A stretch of DNA of 64,000 nt from Hamiltosporidium tvaerminnensis FI-OER-3-3 (Eukaryota > Fungi > Microsporidia): assembly GCA_022605425.2 (NCBI GenBank), contig CM061247.1, positions 868,001 to 932,000 of the forward strand, written 5' to 3'. Both the position numbers and the translations under genes were made by a program. Under the pieces are notes generated by a model. The model made no database searches and had not been told where the DNA came from. It saw only the letters and a list, made by a program, of their open reading frames with translations. Shown piece by piece: positions 11,679-24,999 of the stretch. Every line of letters begins with the position of its first letter. Positions within the stretch are counted from its first letter, which is position 1.

Positions 11679-13457
11679 TTACCTTTTCTTCATTCCTCCT
11701 CCTCTCACAACTCTTTCAAAATTCTTCATATTTTCTTTCTTCGCTATCTTTACATCATTTCTCAAAGCAACAATAACATTTTCATCGTTATCAATATCAA
11801 AGGTATCTGTTACTACGGTGTCTCCATATTTTTTAATTTGATAAGAAAATAATCTTCCTTTTAAAATATCTTTTAAATTCCAAATAATTACGTAATGACC
11901 TGTGGAGGTGACAATGCTTTCTTCTCGATTATCTGTACTGAATTTTGCAGGTGTGAAATTTACTTCTTCTTGTATGTAAGCAAGGTGTTCAGGTTTTAAA
12001 CCGAGTCTTTTAGGGATCGGTTTTTCTTTGATGCTTTTGCTGTAATCACCACTTTCAAGACAGATAAGAAGAAGGTAACTTTTACAGGTGCAAATTATAA
12101 ATTTGCCATTTCTTGTCACATCGACACCAACAATTTTGTCTCCCAATCCTGGAAGAAGACTTTTTGCTCTTTTTTCTATTTTGTCGTACAATCTGACGTC
12201 TCCTTTTTCACTTCCAACGACTACGTCTCCTTTTGAGGTGGTGACACCGCATTCGAAACCGCATTTTGTTTTGTAACTCTTGCCTTCAATTACAAGTTCT
12301 TTGGTTCGAGGATCGACTCTAAATAATGAATTATCGCTGACACCGATGAGTGTGTCATCGTTATTTTGTTTTTTAGAATCGAAAAAATCGTTGATTTTTC
12401 TTTTGCAGTCCCAATTTTCTACTATCGATCCTCTGTTCAAATCGACTTTCATTAATTTGTTTTGATCTGTGCTGTCCATACAGATTAAAGCACTCCCATC
12501 ACCATAAATTAGCATCTTAGAAACGTCTGCTCTATTATCTGTACTTTCTCTTCCAATAATATTTTTCATGTTCGTTTTGAATTCCAATCCTTCATTTCCT
12601 TTTCTAAACACACCAATAGACCCTCCTCTTCCAACAAAAACCCTGTCATTGTCTAACGCAAGCACTGAATTTTTTTCTTTTTCGTCATTTTTAGATTCTT
12701 CATAATTAAACACGTCAGATTGGTAATCGACATCTTCGAACGAAGATTCACTTTCATAATTAAATTCTACATCCTGATAATATTTCTCAGGAATGTGTTC
12801 AGATTCTTCGGATTTAAAATTTAAATTTGTATATTTCGATACAAATTCTAAAAAAGAAAGATTTTCTGAAAATTGAAGTGAAAAAGTATAAAAATTATTT
12901 TCTTTAAGAATTGACCAAACAAAAGTTCTAAGTTTTTTGTCCATATAAAACTGCGTATCAGAAGAAATCTGTTCAAAATGTAAAATTTCATTTTGGTTTT
13001 CTACACGAAGAAATGATTGTACATTTTCGTGAATAAGAGTGACTGATGTATTTCCATCCATTACAATAAACTGAGAAGAAAGAGAATCGTAGGTAGAATA
13101 AGAAACACTTGAACAGTGAAATATAGGCGGAGTATTGGAAATCAAAGGATATACGTTGTTATAAAACAAAGTTAAACTTTGAATTGGATGAGAAGTTAAA
13201 ATATAAAAAGTGTATTTTTCTTTGTTGAATATAAAATCTAAAGAAATGTTTGGATCGGTGTTTATTTGGAGTTTTGATAATTTTTTTATTGGAATTTTTA
13301 TTGGTGTCTCTTTTTCAGATGTTTTAAATAAAATGTCGGTGTCTTTGTGGTAAATTGATGTGTTTTGTAAAATTAGAGTTTTTTGTTTGTACAAATTTCC
13401 TGTCAGCGAAGTTTCTTTTTTTCTTGAAAGAAAAGATTTTAGAAATGCAAATACCAT
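11679..13457 (-). CDS. VID27: Vid27/CYPRO4-like protein (PH-like N-terminus, beta-propeller C-terminus)
   Basis: DLNRGSIVENW, LFRVDPR, GDVRLYD..KRAKSLLPGLGDKIVGVDVT.NGKFIICTCKSYLLL, PKRLGLKPEH and FTPAKF are Vid27 motifs. Confidence 0.9.
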   Translation of the reverse strand: MVFAFLKSFLSRKKETSLTGNLYKQKTLILQNTSIYHKDTDILFKTSEKETPIKIPIKKLSKLQINTDPNISLDFIFNKEKYTFYILTSHPIQSLTLFYNNVYPLISNTPPIFHCSSVSYSTYDSLSSQFIVMDGNTSVTLIHENVQSFLRVENQNEILHFEQISSDTQFYMDKKLRTFVWSILKENNFYTFSLQFSENLSFLEFVSKYTNLNFKSEESEHIPEKYYQDVEFNYESESSFEDVDYQSDVFNYEESKNDEKEKNSVLALDNDRVFVGRGGSIGVFRKGNEGLEFKTNMKNIIGRESTDNRADVSKMLIYGDGSALICMDSTDQNKLMKVDLNRGSIVENWDCKRKINDFFDSKKQNNDDTLIGVSDNSLFRVDPRTKELVIEGKSYKTKCGFECGVTTSKGDVVVGSEKGDVRLYDKIEKRAKSLLPGLGDKIVGVDVTRNGKFIICTCKSYLLLICLESGDYSKSIKEKPIPKRLGLKPEHLAYIQEEVNFTPAKFSTDNREESIVTSTGHYVIIWNLKDILKGRLFSYQIKKYGDTVVTDTFDIDNDENVIVALRNDVKIAKKENMKNFERVVRGGGMKKR

Positions 13458-13514
13458 TGAGGGTTGCTTTTTTTATTTTTTAATTTAATTTTTGGGAAGT
13501 AAAAAAAAAGAAGA

Positions 13515-13825
13515 AAAAATTCGTATTTTTTAAAATGAAATAAATTTCTAGTAAAAATAATTTAAAAAATTAAGAAGGTTTTTGATTTTAGTTCCTTAAA
13601 AATTCGTATTTTTTAAATAAAATAAATTTTTATTTGAAATAATTAAGAAGGTTTTTGATTTTAGTTCCTTAGAAATTCGTAGTTTTTAAAATGAAATAAA
13701 TTTTTATTTAATAAAATTTAGAAAGTTTTGGATTTTAGTTCCTTAGAAATTCGTAGTTTTTAAAATGAAATAAATTTTTATTTAATAAAATTTAGAAAGT
13801 TTGGATTTTAGTTCCTTAGAAATTT
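13515..13825. repeat. About 69-bp tandem repeat (about 4.5 units) in the divergent VID27/NDC80 promoter region
   Basis: GATTTTAGTTCCTTAGAAATTCGTAGTTTTTAAAATGAAATAAATTTT reiterated. Confidence 0.9.
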
Positions 13826-14120
13826 TAATTATATCAATTTATTATAAGTTGTTGAGGCATATTTTTTCTTAGTCTAATATTACGTTTTTATTTTTACTTT
13901 TTATTTTAGAATTACTTTAGATTTCTTTTGTTATTCCTGTATTGATTATTCAAAGATTATTTACTTTTTATTTTATTTTTATGGACTTTTTATTTTACTA
14001 TTATTCTACAATTGTTTTGTATTTTTTTTTATTATTTTAAAGAAATTTTTGCGGTTTTTTTTTTGTAAATTTAAATATTTTTTTTATAAAAAAAGGCATT
14101 AAAAATCTAAAAATGGAAAG

Positions 14121-14131
14121 CCCTATAATAA
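14121..14131 (+). promoter_or_regulatory. Microsporidian CCC-type core promoter motif (example at NDC80)
   Basis: CCC within 1-12 nt of the ATG at 3184, 14121, 26271 and 52856 (+) and as GGG at 10491, 11387, 13461 and 62450 (- strand genes). Confidence 0.75.
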
Positions 14132-15898
14132 ATGCAAAGAACAAATATGACTCCTACACGTAGAAAGAGTGTAAAACCGAGTACAAATTTACCACCTCGA
14201 TTTTCAGTGTCAATGCCTCGACAATCTGTGATGAGAGAAGAAGATACAAAAAGAAGAGATGCGAGACAGGTTCGAGATAGAGATTATCAGCAGACATGTC
14301 AGGATATTGTGTATAAATTCTTAGTAGAAAATGGGTATCAGGGTGTTCTTTCTGTTAAAACATTGCAAGCGCCTTCTTTAAAAGATTTTCAAACAATTTT
14401 TAAATTTATTTTTTCATTTATTGATTCTAAATTTGAATTTTCACAGAGATTTGAAGAAGATATAATGACAATATTAAAAATGTATAAATATGCATTTTCT
14501 AGTGAGATAAATCGAAGTCAGTTGATTGCGATGACACCACATACGTGGCCCGCAGTTCTAAGTATGTTAAGTTGGTTGGTAGGGTTGGTTTTTTGTTTCG
14601 AAGGAGTTGGTGAGAATTCTAATTTACAGGAAGAAAATATTTTAGAAAATTTATTTTTTGATTTTGTTTGTCACGGATATCAAAAGTTTTTAGAAGGAGA
14701 TGAAGATGAGGAGAATTTAGATGAAGAACTTAATATTAAAATTAATAATATGTATATCGATTCTTTTAATGAAATTGAAGAAAAAAGAAGTATTTTGAAA
14801 GAGATTGAAAACAAAATTGAAAATTTTAATGATAAAAATGAAGAAAAACTTTCATTAGAAAATAGAAAAAATGGGTTACTGAAGGATATGAACGATTTGA
14901 ATTCTGCAAAGAAACTTTTAGACGATAAACAAAAAAAATATGAAAATTATGTAAATAAACTTACAGAAGAATTAAATGAATTCGAAAATGAAGCTAATCA
15001 AGCAAAAATAGAAATTGAAGATTTAAAAAATATAATTTCTACACAAAAAATAAATCCTTGTGATGTGAGAGTTATGAATACAGAAAAGGAAATTCTTATA
15101 AAGGAGTTGGAAAATCTTAAACCCGAAAAGGAAAGATTGTTAAAAATGGTTGGGGAATTTGAAAATATTTATGTCAGTAAAGTAGACGAAGGAGAAAAAT
15201 TACTTTTTGATTTGAAAGGAATTCGCAATCAACCACTTCCCTTCCTAATTTCTAAAGAAAAAGAAAGAGAAGAAAAAATGGATTTAAAATTTAATTCGTG
15301 TGAACAAAAGAATGATTTATTCGTTGAAAAAGGAAATTCACCTCAAAAATCTGTCGAGAATTCTAAATATCTTGATTTTGATTTTAGAATTTGTGAGGAA
15401 TATAAAATAATTGGAAATACAGATGAATATGTTGATACTATTGACAAAGAGGTTATAAAAGAACGCGATGAATTTACAAAATATGAAATATCAAATAAAG
15501 AATTACTTGAAAGAAAATCGAATGATGAATCTGCATGTAAGGAAATGGAAAGAAATATAAAAATAATGGAAGAAAAATTATACTCGGTTGGAAAAATTTA
15601 TTTGGAAAAGAAGGAATTATCTGATAAGGAACAACAAAAAAGTAGAAAAGAATTGGAAAAGATTGAAAGCGATCTTCTAAGACTTCAGCTTGATTCTAAT
15701 AATTCTTTGTTAATATCTGAACAAACTTTACAACGAGCGAAAATAAATGTGGATAGAATTATTCAAACTTCTAAATCTGAAAAAGACGAAGTAGAAAAAT
15801 TGTTGGCTAATTTCAATGAAAATCTTCAATCCTATTATAAAATAATTCGTAGTTATATGAAAGAATTAGAAAATTTGGTACCTAAGGATATCCTCTAA
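14132..15898 (+). CDS. NDC80: Kinetochore protein Ndc80/Hec1
   Basis: Basic Ser/Arg-rich N-tail; CH domain motifs (RDRDYQQ, LQAPSLKDFQTIFKFIF, PHTWPAVLSMLSWL); long coiled coil; CCC 8 nt before the ATG. Confidence 0.93.
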   Translation: MQRTNMTPTRRKSVKPSTNLPPRFSVSMPRQSVMREEDTKRRDARQVRDRDYQQTCQDIVYKFLVENGYQGVLSVKTLQAPSLKDFQTIFKFIFSFIDSKFEFSQRFEEDIMTILKMYKYAFSSEINRSQLIAMTPHTWPAVLSMLSWLVGLVFCFEGVGENSNLQEENILENLFFDFVCHGYQKFLEGDEDEENLDEELNIKINNMYIDSFNEIEEKRSILKEIENKIENFNDKNEEKLSLENRKNGLLKDMNDLNSAKKLLDDKQKKYENYVNKLTEELNEFENEANQAKIEIEDLKNIISTQKINPCDVRVMNTEKEILIKELENLKPEKERLLKMVGEFENIYVSKVDEGEKLLFDLKGIRNQPLPFLISKEKEREEKMDLKFNSCEQKNDLFVEKGNSPQKSVENSKYLDFDFRICEEYKIIGNTDEYVDTIDKEVIKERDEFTKYEISNKELLERKSNDESACKEMERNIKIMEEKLYSVGKIYLEKKELSDKEQQKSRKELEKIESDLLRLQLDSNNSLLISEQTLQRAKINVDRIIQTSKSEKDEVEKLLANFNENLQSYYKIIRSYMKELENLVPKDIL

Positions 15899-16449
15899 AA
15901 AATAGAATTTTTAGATATTTTTTCACATATTTTAGTTCCTTTTAGAAGCTTGTATTTCTATGTTTCTTTTATAATATTTTTTTGCGATCAAATATACAGT
16001 TTTATTTAGAAAAATGGCAAATTAATAAAGTTTATATATTCTTTAAATTATACTTTTTGTTTCTCCAATCGTATTTGATGTTTTATATTTGTATTCTTGT
16101 ATATTTTCATCTAATTCTGTATTAAAAAGAGTTGTTTATAAAATTTTTGTAATTAGAATAAAATGGTTTTATTTCTCATAATTTCTTTTTTTAAAATCAA
16201 TTTATTTTCCAAATATTTTTTTCAGGGGCATTAACACACCAGAAGGCATAATAAATGGTTGTAGGCCTCCTTAATTTCACTTTTAGTCCTTCAAAACAGA
16301 TTAAGAGTCATATGGTTCAATAAATTGTTGAAAATAAGTTTTTTGAACCGTGATTTATGATATGAATATAACTCGAAGTCAAAATTCGCAATGATACTTC
16401 AACACATATATTTTATCAAAAGTAAAAATTGATAACATTCATTGAAGAA

Positions 16450-17006
16450 GGAATTATTTCCAAGATTCACCTTGAACAGTTTAAACCGAAAAACTTAGGA
16501 AGTATGACTCGTCAGCAAAAAGGTATAACCTTATATATAAGTGTATTGTTGCCCTTATCTTTAATGTGATAAACTGGGATGGCATTGTAACAAAACACCA
16601 TGAGATGTATCTTAAATAATGCAAATACTCATGAGTGTAGATACATACATTCAGTCTATAGTACCTAAGAAGACGGTTCAAACAATTTTCTTTGATCGAC
16701 GAAGAAGACTTGAGTCAAGACCAAATGCCGATGAAAGGTGGGAGAGAGCGTTAATGGGTTTTATTATGAGAGCAGAGATGCATGAGGAACCAAAACCCCT
16801 TTTAAAAGAAGCGAAAAGAGATAAAGATGGTGTTAAAATTTTAAAAACAAAATATGATACACTCCTTATTTCACAAGGAGGAACCCTGTTAGAGGAACCG
16901 ACCATAAACATAAATGAAGAGTCGGATTTGGAAGAAGAGACAATAGTGGTTAAAGAGGTAGAAGAAAACATATAAAAATGGTAAAAATATTTTAACCCAG
17001 AATTTT
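16450..17006 (+). mobile_element. 5'-truncated 3' fragment of the RT-REL retrotransposon
   Basis: ORF 16619..16975 is the family C-terminal tail; ends TTTTAACCCAGAATTTT. Confidence 0.9.
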
Positions 17007-17059
17007 GTTCGATAAAATTCTTTACCTAATTTTTTTATACTTTATCTTTCAAAAAATAC

Positions 17060-19800
17060 TTACTTACAAAAAAAAATGTGGCAGCACGGATAATTAAAAT
17101 ACATCATTTGGCCCTAATCCGAAGACCTCCGATCTTAAACATAGATTAAAATTATTTATTTAAAATCAAGCCATCATTGCTCAAAAGTAAAATTTTAATT
17201 AAAAAAATCACATTAGAATTTAATCAGACCATAACCGAATAATTAATCATAGAACTCGAAAATACTGGAAACGTCAAATAAAGATTAAATTTAACATTCA
17301 TGAAGGATAAATCAATCAGAATTTGCTTCTTATATGAAGAATCTAGAAACGCAAACTCTCGAAGCTATCTGTTAAAAAATATTCATTAAAATTAACTGAT
17401 GTTCAATGAAGTTAATAAATTCAAAAATTTAAAAAAAATAGATTTACCTACCATGAAAGAAAGTAATTTAGTGCTTGCTATAGAATACGTACCAATAACG
17501 AAAATCATAAGAGTCGTTATGTTTTTGTTAGTCTTTCCTTGGTTAATTTCCAATACATCAGTAAGATTCACATTTCCAGGTGATACAAGCAGTTTCGAGA
17601 GAAGCAACAAATGCGCAGTCGCTTAAACGAAAACAAGCCCACATTCTAATGATAACAAGATGGTTTTAATACAAATTTAGACTAACGAAAAACAGAACAT
17701 ATTCTGTCTAATTGCACTAAATCGGTGACATCATTTCATATAGATAACATTGAAGAATATCATGTTAAATTTAATATAATTTCGGAACTAAAAGGACCTG
17801 GGATGAAATAATAATACTGAAAAAAGAATTAACATTGGTAAAAAATTTTGCATTTCTATAATTTTTTAACATCATTTTATATTTTCATAGAAAGTCTTTA
17901 TTATGAAAAAATTTATAACATCATTTATATTTTAGAATTTTAAAGTATGGAAGACAATTTTCAGGTAGAAACTTTATTCAAGTACTTCTTATGAATTTTA
18001 AAATGAGATGTAACAATTTCGATATATTTTATGAAAATTATATTGAGTTTGGCTATGAAATAAATAGGAAAATATCATTTAAATTTTGCAAAAAGATTTT
18101 TACACAATATATTTCACCTTTGTATGCAAAAAAATCGAAAACAAATTTTTTTACTACGAAAAAAACTGATATGTGTTCGGAGAAAAATTTTCTTTTTTAT
18201 TGAATGAAGACAAACAAATGATTTTAAAATATTCAAAAAAGTTTTTAGAGGAACATTTGGAATATATTTGAAATTGAGTCGAGAAAAGTCATGTGGAATT
18301 TTATTATGATTTGTTATAATATTAAACGATTTATTTCTCAGATCATTGTGATTTAAAATACGATTTATTTAGGTTTTTTTCAAGAAGCATTTTCTTCCTA
18401 TCGAAAATATAATCTTTAAAAATTTCCGCTTTAATATCCTTCTTGCGGATGTTGGTCAAAGCATTAAGATATGCAAAATAGTTCAAGATATTTATTTTAT
18501 AAGTTTTAGTTTAAATGTATATCGTTTATACCTTGGAAAGTTTAGCTAATATTGAGCAAAAAGTTTATCTTGCTTCTTATCACATTCGAAGGATTATAAT
18601 GATTTGGCTGATGGGCTATATTGTACAGAATGGTCTCAACATGCTTTTATCAAAAATGAAGTTGTAGGAAATTTCAAAACTAAAGATGATGCAAAGAATC
18701 TTAGTTTGGAGCAGCCGGTGTATTGGCTTCATCACGAAGAAAATTTAGAGAATGACCACGGATTTGCAACAAATGTATTACAATATAATTTTTCTGAAAT
18801 CAATTATTTATTTCGGCAACTTACTGGTTTTATCACAGAAAATGAATTGCTAGAAAATAATTATTATTTTAAAGACTGTAGAATTGTAAATATAGGTTAT
18901 AAAAAGGAAAATATTGTCGAAAATATAATTGGTATTTTTTTACAGAAATAGACATGGATTTTAACATTTTGGAGATTTTCTAAATAATTCTAGCATAAAA
19001 TCATTGAGACTAAAGCAGATTAACATCATAAATTTCATAATAGATTTTCAAATTCACAACGAAAAATAGATCTATCAAAATTTTTAAAATCGCCAATCCA
19101 AAAAAAGTTAGATAACCCCCAAGTATATGATTTTGTGGATTTATTAGAAGGTTTAGGAAATATAAAAATATCTTTCGGTCAAGAATACCACGAATCTGAA
19201 GATAGAATAAGAGGTCGCTGAACTGATTGCAAGATTTTAAACTAATAAACATTTTCGTCAGGAATATACAGAGACAATTATATTTGTTATCTAAAAACTT
19301 TGGAAATAATCGAGAATTTTGTCTCAGGGAATAAAAAAATTCACAAATTTTTTGCACAAATATTTGACGATATGGACTTAGAAAATTAAGTGTATTCGAT
19401 TTTTAAATTGGGAAATATATAAAATTAAAAACGATATATTAAAATTCGCAAATATTGAAACTATGGGATTAGATAACTGTATTTTTAAAGATACGCAACT
19501 TTATAATTTGATGCCTCTAGATATTTGTGAAAAAATATCACATTTTGAATTCAAAAATATAAAAATAACCAAATCTGATATGATTTTTTTAGCTGTACCT
19601 AAAAACCTCTACAGTTTGAAAGTTAGTTTTTGCAACTTGGATGACGATGCCTTTGATAATTTTTAGGTGGTTTTTTAAAAAATATTATTCTCATTTATTT
19701 AAAGTATCGAAATGAAGTTAATAACAAGGTGATTGTTGAAAAGTTATAAGAAATGTTTTCTGAAGATATATTTAGGATAAAACCAAGGGATTCATAATGG
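17060..19800 (+). pseudogene. Fragmented lineage-specific gene, LRR-like C-terminal part
   Basis: Successive short + strand ORFs (17991, 18604, 19463) with LxxLxLxxC-like spacing (KNLYSLKVSFCNL, GLDNCIF). Boundaries approximate. Confidence 0.35.
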
Positions 19801-19999
19801 GCGTAAATCAATCAAATAAAGACATTTTAAACATTACTGTTCGTTTTTATACTAAAAATCACTTTGTTTTACAATAAGAATTGTTTCATTGTTTCCTGCA
19901 ACTTCTTACTAATTTAGACATTAAAATACTTTTTTTTATTCTAAATAATTTATTATAAAAATCACTATAAATAAACTTATGTGCAATCATACCATTTAT

Positions 20000-21360
20000 T
20001 ATTTTATACAATTCTGAATCAGAAATACTATGATCTTTTGCATATCTTCTACTGTCTCGTTAATCATTTAGTTTTCTCTTCAAATCTGGCATTTCGTTTA
20101 CATCGTTTATCAGATTTTCAATCCAAAATATGATATGTGTTTTCATTTTATCCATTTAAAACCTTCTTTTCTTTATTAGCCGCCTTTGATGCGTATTTGT
20201 TCTTCATAAATTTCGGCTCTTGCTTTAGTAGTTAATCGACCCGCTTCCAATTCTCTTTGTAATTTAGTTTTGACTCAATCCATCGAATTTAAACGATATA
20301 AATTGTTTCAACTTTGTTTTAGGGTCTATCGAATAACTGAAGGCTCCTATTTTTACAATATTTGCCGTCATTTTTGATGCGTTTGGTGATGTTATATCAT
20401 AATAAAACCCCGCTTAACACATAAGTAATTAGCTAATACTACCATTAAAATTGGCTCCGGCTTGTTGGCTAATATGTCATCTTCCTTAAATTTTTTGCTT
20501 TCAATATTTTTAAGGGAATAATGAGAAGCAATTTAGAGTACAAACAGAGTCATCATATTTTTATCATCTAAATTAAAATTTTCGAATATTTTTATGAATT
20601 TTAGCACCCTGTTTTCTATTGTCCTCATAGCTACGCATTCTCGTTTTTAAGAATTTCTTAACTTAAATGACTCCCAATTCGTTTTGAAGATTTGAATTTC
20701 TATCTATTAAAATTATTAGGCGTGGCATCTAATCCCTTTATTATGCTGCCTGGTGTAGTAATTTCGGATAATTTCTTACATTGAGTTGTTGAAAGCTCAA
20801 CGGTTTCTCAGGACTAGTTGCATGCTTAACGAGAGATTTCTGCTCCTTAGAATAAAATTTATGTATAAGATATGGCTGGAAACTGCTTTGTCACGTGTCC
20901 TAATATTTTAATTCTTTAAATATCTTGAAAACTCAATCAAAATCTGATTTTATCCTGTATTATATAACTTTGAATGAGGTTTTCTTTTTTATATTCCTTC
21001 ATATGTTTTATAGGTTAAGCATACACCAAATTCTTCTTAATGGCTTCTTTCTACTTATATTTTACCTTTAAGAAGCTTTTATTGGTTCTGAATGAATTTG
21101 TTTGTATTCTATACTTCAATAAATATCGCTCTTCGTGCAGATATGACTTCGCATTTTTTCAAGAAAAACAAAGGGTCAGAAAAGCAAATGTAGGTAGAAA
21201 CAACATTGTGTAGTTCCCTTTCAATTTTTCCTAAAATTATATTCTGCTCTCTTTACAATCCAGCCTGAATAATATTTTATTTTTTTAACAGAGCTTGATT
21301 TACTCCATTATCTACCTGTGAGGTTCTTAAAAGAGTGTCTAAACCTCCGATCGTGCGAGA
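20000..21360 (-). mobile_element. Old RT-REL retrotransposon fossil
   Basis: Minus strand reads KKPHSKLY (about 20960-20990) and YTRQHN (about 20740-20760), matching KLHSKLY and YTRRHN of the young family; heavily interrupted. Confidence 0.55.
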
Positions 21361-21854
21361 GAGGTTTTTGTCAAAAGCTTAAGCTTATATAGAAATTATG
21401 ATTATGGTTTTTTACAACAAAATCCAAGTATGCTATGACTATGAATAAAGAAAATTATATGTGAAAGAAATATATCGTCGCCATGCCTAAGACCACTTCA
21501 CACAGACATGAATAGCCATGGTAACTGTTATTCAGATGTGTATCAGCCAAACAAGCAGACTATTACTAAACACGGGGCTCCTTCTCTCTTTCTCTCTAAC
21601 CGAGTTTACTATTATGCGTCTTCCGCAGTTGGTTCAGAAACCTGTTTAAGCCACATGTTTAATATATTCACAATTACGATTGCGTATTTTTTTGGAAATT
21701 TATACATTCTTAATTGATCAGTGACTTAAGCAGAGGAGATATTATATTGATAATACACGTAAGTAATTTTCTCATCATTTGTAAAAAATATTTGTAAAAT
21801 TTTCTGTATATTTATATAATTGAACTATTTCAGCATAAATAATTTAATCGATTA

Positions 21855-23993
21855 TGGTGATGAATGCATTATCTCAAAAAGACGTCATTGTAACGATTTG
21901 AATGCATATATTGATTTACCTATATAGCAGAAAGAATGATAAGAAACGATCTCAATTTATTTCATGTTCCAAGATATTTTCAATCAGCCATTTCAAATTC
22001 GCAAAGTTATTAGAGCATTTTAACGGTCTGTACAGTAAAAAAGGTACACATTGCATAGACAGTTGGAAGTCAAAAAACGCTGGTTTGATTCTGGAGGCTA
22101 ATCCCATAATTATGCGCATCAGTAATTAAAAATCTCTTAATAGAGGCGTCTTATCAAATGGTATATCTGTGTGAAAGAAAAAAATAACACACACGATCGC
22201 AGAGAAATTTATAAACCCTGCGCATAAATAATAACTAAAACAGTACTAAATTCTATAGCACAGAATATATCCGGAAGATCCTGTTATTAAATGATTTGAT
22301 TCGATCGAGAATTCAAGATCTTAGCAAATATTTTTACTGGAGAAATATATGACATAAAAGTAAGTCTAATGAAGATAACTATACAATTATATGATTCAAG
22401 TAATGTCTACAATTATAACCGGCTGCTAATATTTGGTTTTGTTTAAAAAAAAATTATATAGGAATTTCTTTTTTGTGGGTCACTTGTGTACTTCGGGTGA
22501 ATATATTTTTTATCAGTGTCGTTACCTCTCTTTCGAGGCACTGAGATAAAAGGTAACTTTGATAGAGACAGGCTATTTATTTAAATTAAAGGGTTTTTTA
22601 ACCCGTGTAACCAGAGAGTTATTTTGATTAAGAAATGTCTATTTGATTTGTTGGGCCAATTCCTTGTTTTCATTTCTCTACCATTGGTATTTTAATAAAA
22701 TATAATTTTATATTCTATAAGGGAATTCAATAACTCATGATTATGTAGTATTCTACTATAATCAGATATTCGATTGTTTTAAATTTCAATTATTATTACA
22801 TGTGAAAGGCTCAATATATATTGATGAGACTCATGTAATGTTAGGCAAAATTATGGATTATTACATGAAAAAAGAATTGCTGCAAATTTTAATAACACAT
22901 TGCATGTTGTATAGCCATAAACTTGTTTAAAAAACCTTGCTAGAAACTTTAGAATATCATCTAATTACCCCAATAATCGTAGTAAAATATATCCCTAGAT
23001 GAGTTTCTAATCATCTTGTTTTTTTTTACTATGTAAAGAAATCAAAACTGCTCATAACGAATTTATAAATCACTCTAAAATAGGATATTTTTCTAAAAGC
23101 TAAACTTTTAGCCGTTTTAAATACCTGGAGAGATATTTAATTTAGAGTTATAGAAACTCTGAATTAGTAAAAAAAAATTTGAGAGCAATGGCGCTTGCTG
23201 AGTAGCTTACTTGGCAGATATATAAAGATACCCAAATGAATTGAACATTAAATCCAAGTATTTGGTACAAATATAATAGCTAGTGAAAAATTATCTTCAT
23301 TTTTTGGAAACTATAAATTTGGTTACGTCGTGTCGAACTTCGGAATTTTTAAACTTTTGCTTGTTTGGTTCATTTGATTTTATAAAGAAAAAATTACACT
23401 TACCGACATTGCAATGCATTTGTGAGTATTGAGGAATTATGTAATGAGATTTTTATACTGTAAATATTATCAAAACTCAAGGATAGATGCTGGATTTGTT
23501 TCTTTATAGCCAAAATTCGATAGAGGTTATTTTAAAAAACGATCGTATAGAAATAGAAGACAGTGGACACATTCAAATGGAGTTAAAATTTTTAGAATTA
23601 TAACAATTCTGTTGTACACAGTTAGAACGTTATCCAAAGTTGGCAAAAGAAGCATCGGAATGTCGTCTACCAACTGCTACTACTTACTTGTGTAAAATAG
23701 AATTTTATCACTTTTGCACTTAAAAAACAAGCGAAAAATCGCTTAAATGCTAGTTATGACCTACGCGTGTCTCTTTCATTAAAAGAGCTTCGCTTCACAA
23801 ATATTATAATAAACAAGCAACAAACGTCTAGTCATCAAATAAAAAAATATTTTTACTTATTTGATATATAATTTGTACATTTTTTAAATGAACAACAAAC
23901 TCGCAAAAAATCGAAACACTTTTTCATTGGAGGTCCAGATCGAGATTTTCAGATTTAAGGGGTTTAGCTTATTTAAAAGATTAAGAAACAATG
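21855..23993 (+). mobile_element. hAT (Buster/ZBED5-like) transposon fossil with degenerate right TIR
   Basis: Decayed motifs in order: SCSKIFS..FKFAKLLEH (BED-like), EASYQM...HTIAEK..PCA, THCML, AYLADI, YPKLAK..PTATTYLC..NRLNASYDLRVSLS..KQQTSSH. Ends AAAAGATTAAGAAACAATG (reverse complement resembles CAGTGTTTCTCAACCTTTT). Confidence 0.75.
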
Positions 23994-24999
23994 ATTTGTT
24001 GTATTAGGGATTCAGCATTTTTTTTATTAAATATTGTGTTTTGTGTAACCAAGAAATAAGAATGGGTTTTTTAAATTATATATTGGAATCTTAATATAGG
24101 TTTTATCATTATTTCGGCTTTTATTTTAATTTGTGAATGTATTTTTATGTTATACCTACTTTAAAAAAACAGTAATATTTGTTTTCATAATAAGGTTTGG
24201 AATACAAATGACTTTTTGGATATTTATCATGAATATTTCAGGCTTAAAAAACAATATAAAGGATTTATTGTATTTTTTGTAGCTATAATAAATTTCATAT
24301 GTAATTTTTACAAAATATTAAAGCTTTCATTAGTAATCTAGAAGATAAGGTAAAGTTGTAAACCAAAAGAATAATTCTAATATATTAAAATGAATTAAAA
24401 TTTGTAAATTCATTATCTTGTTTGAAAATTTATCAATCGTTGTTTCTCAATATTTAGTTGATATTTGCAACAAATCAAATATAAAATTTTTGAACCCAGC
24501 ATTTCAGATTAGTCTTTTGAATATTTACACAATAATTTCAAATTTTATTTGGTATATTGAATTACAAAAATTAATTTCAAATTAAAAAATTCTAATTATA
24601 AAAGAACTTATAACAAATCCTATTAACGGAGTTTTAATATGAAGTTATGCCATGTTTATATTATTCGAATAGATCAGTTTTTGAGTGAGAAATTCATCAC
24701 AGATTCTATTTCTTAATTTGAAAATATTAATTTTCCATTAACTTACACACAATAATCTTGATTATCGCTATATTATATTTTATTATTTATATTAAATTAT
24801 TATTTTCTACATATTTCGATTTATTTAGAATAAAAAAACGGTAAAATAGTAAGATGAGGATATAAAAGAGGAAATAAATGACTACAAATTTTAGCAAATA
24901 ATTCTAGATATTTTGAATAAAAAAATAATAGAATTTTACAGCAAATTTTTACCTGTTTTATGTAACAGAGAACATTATTTAAAGTTTATTTAAAAACAT

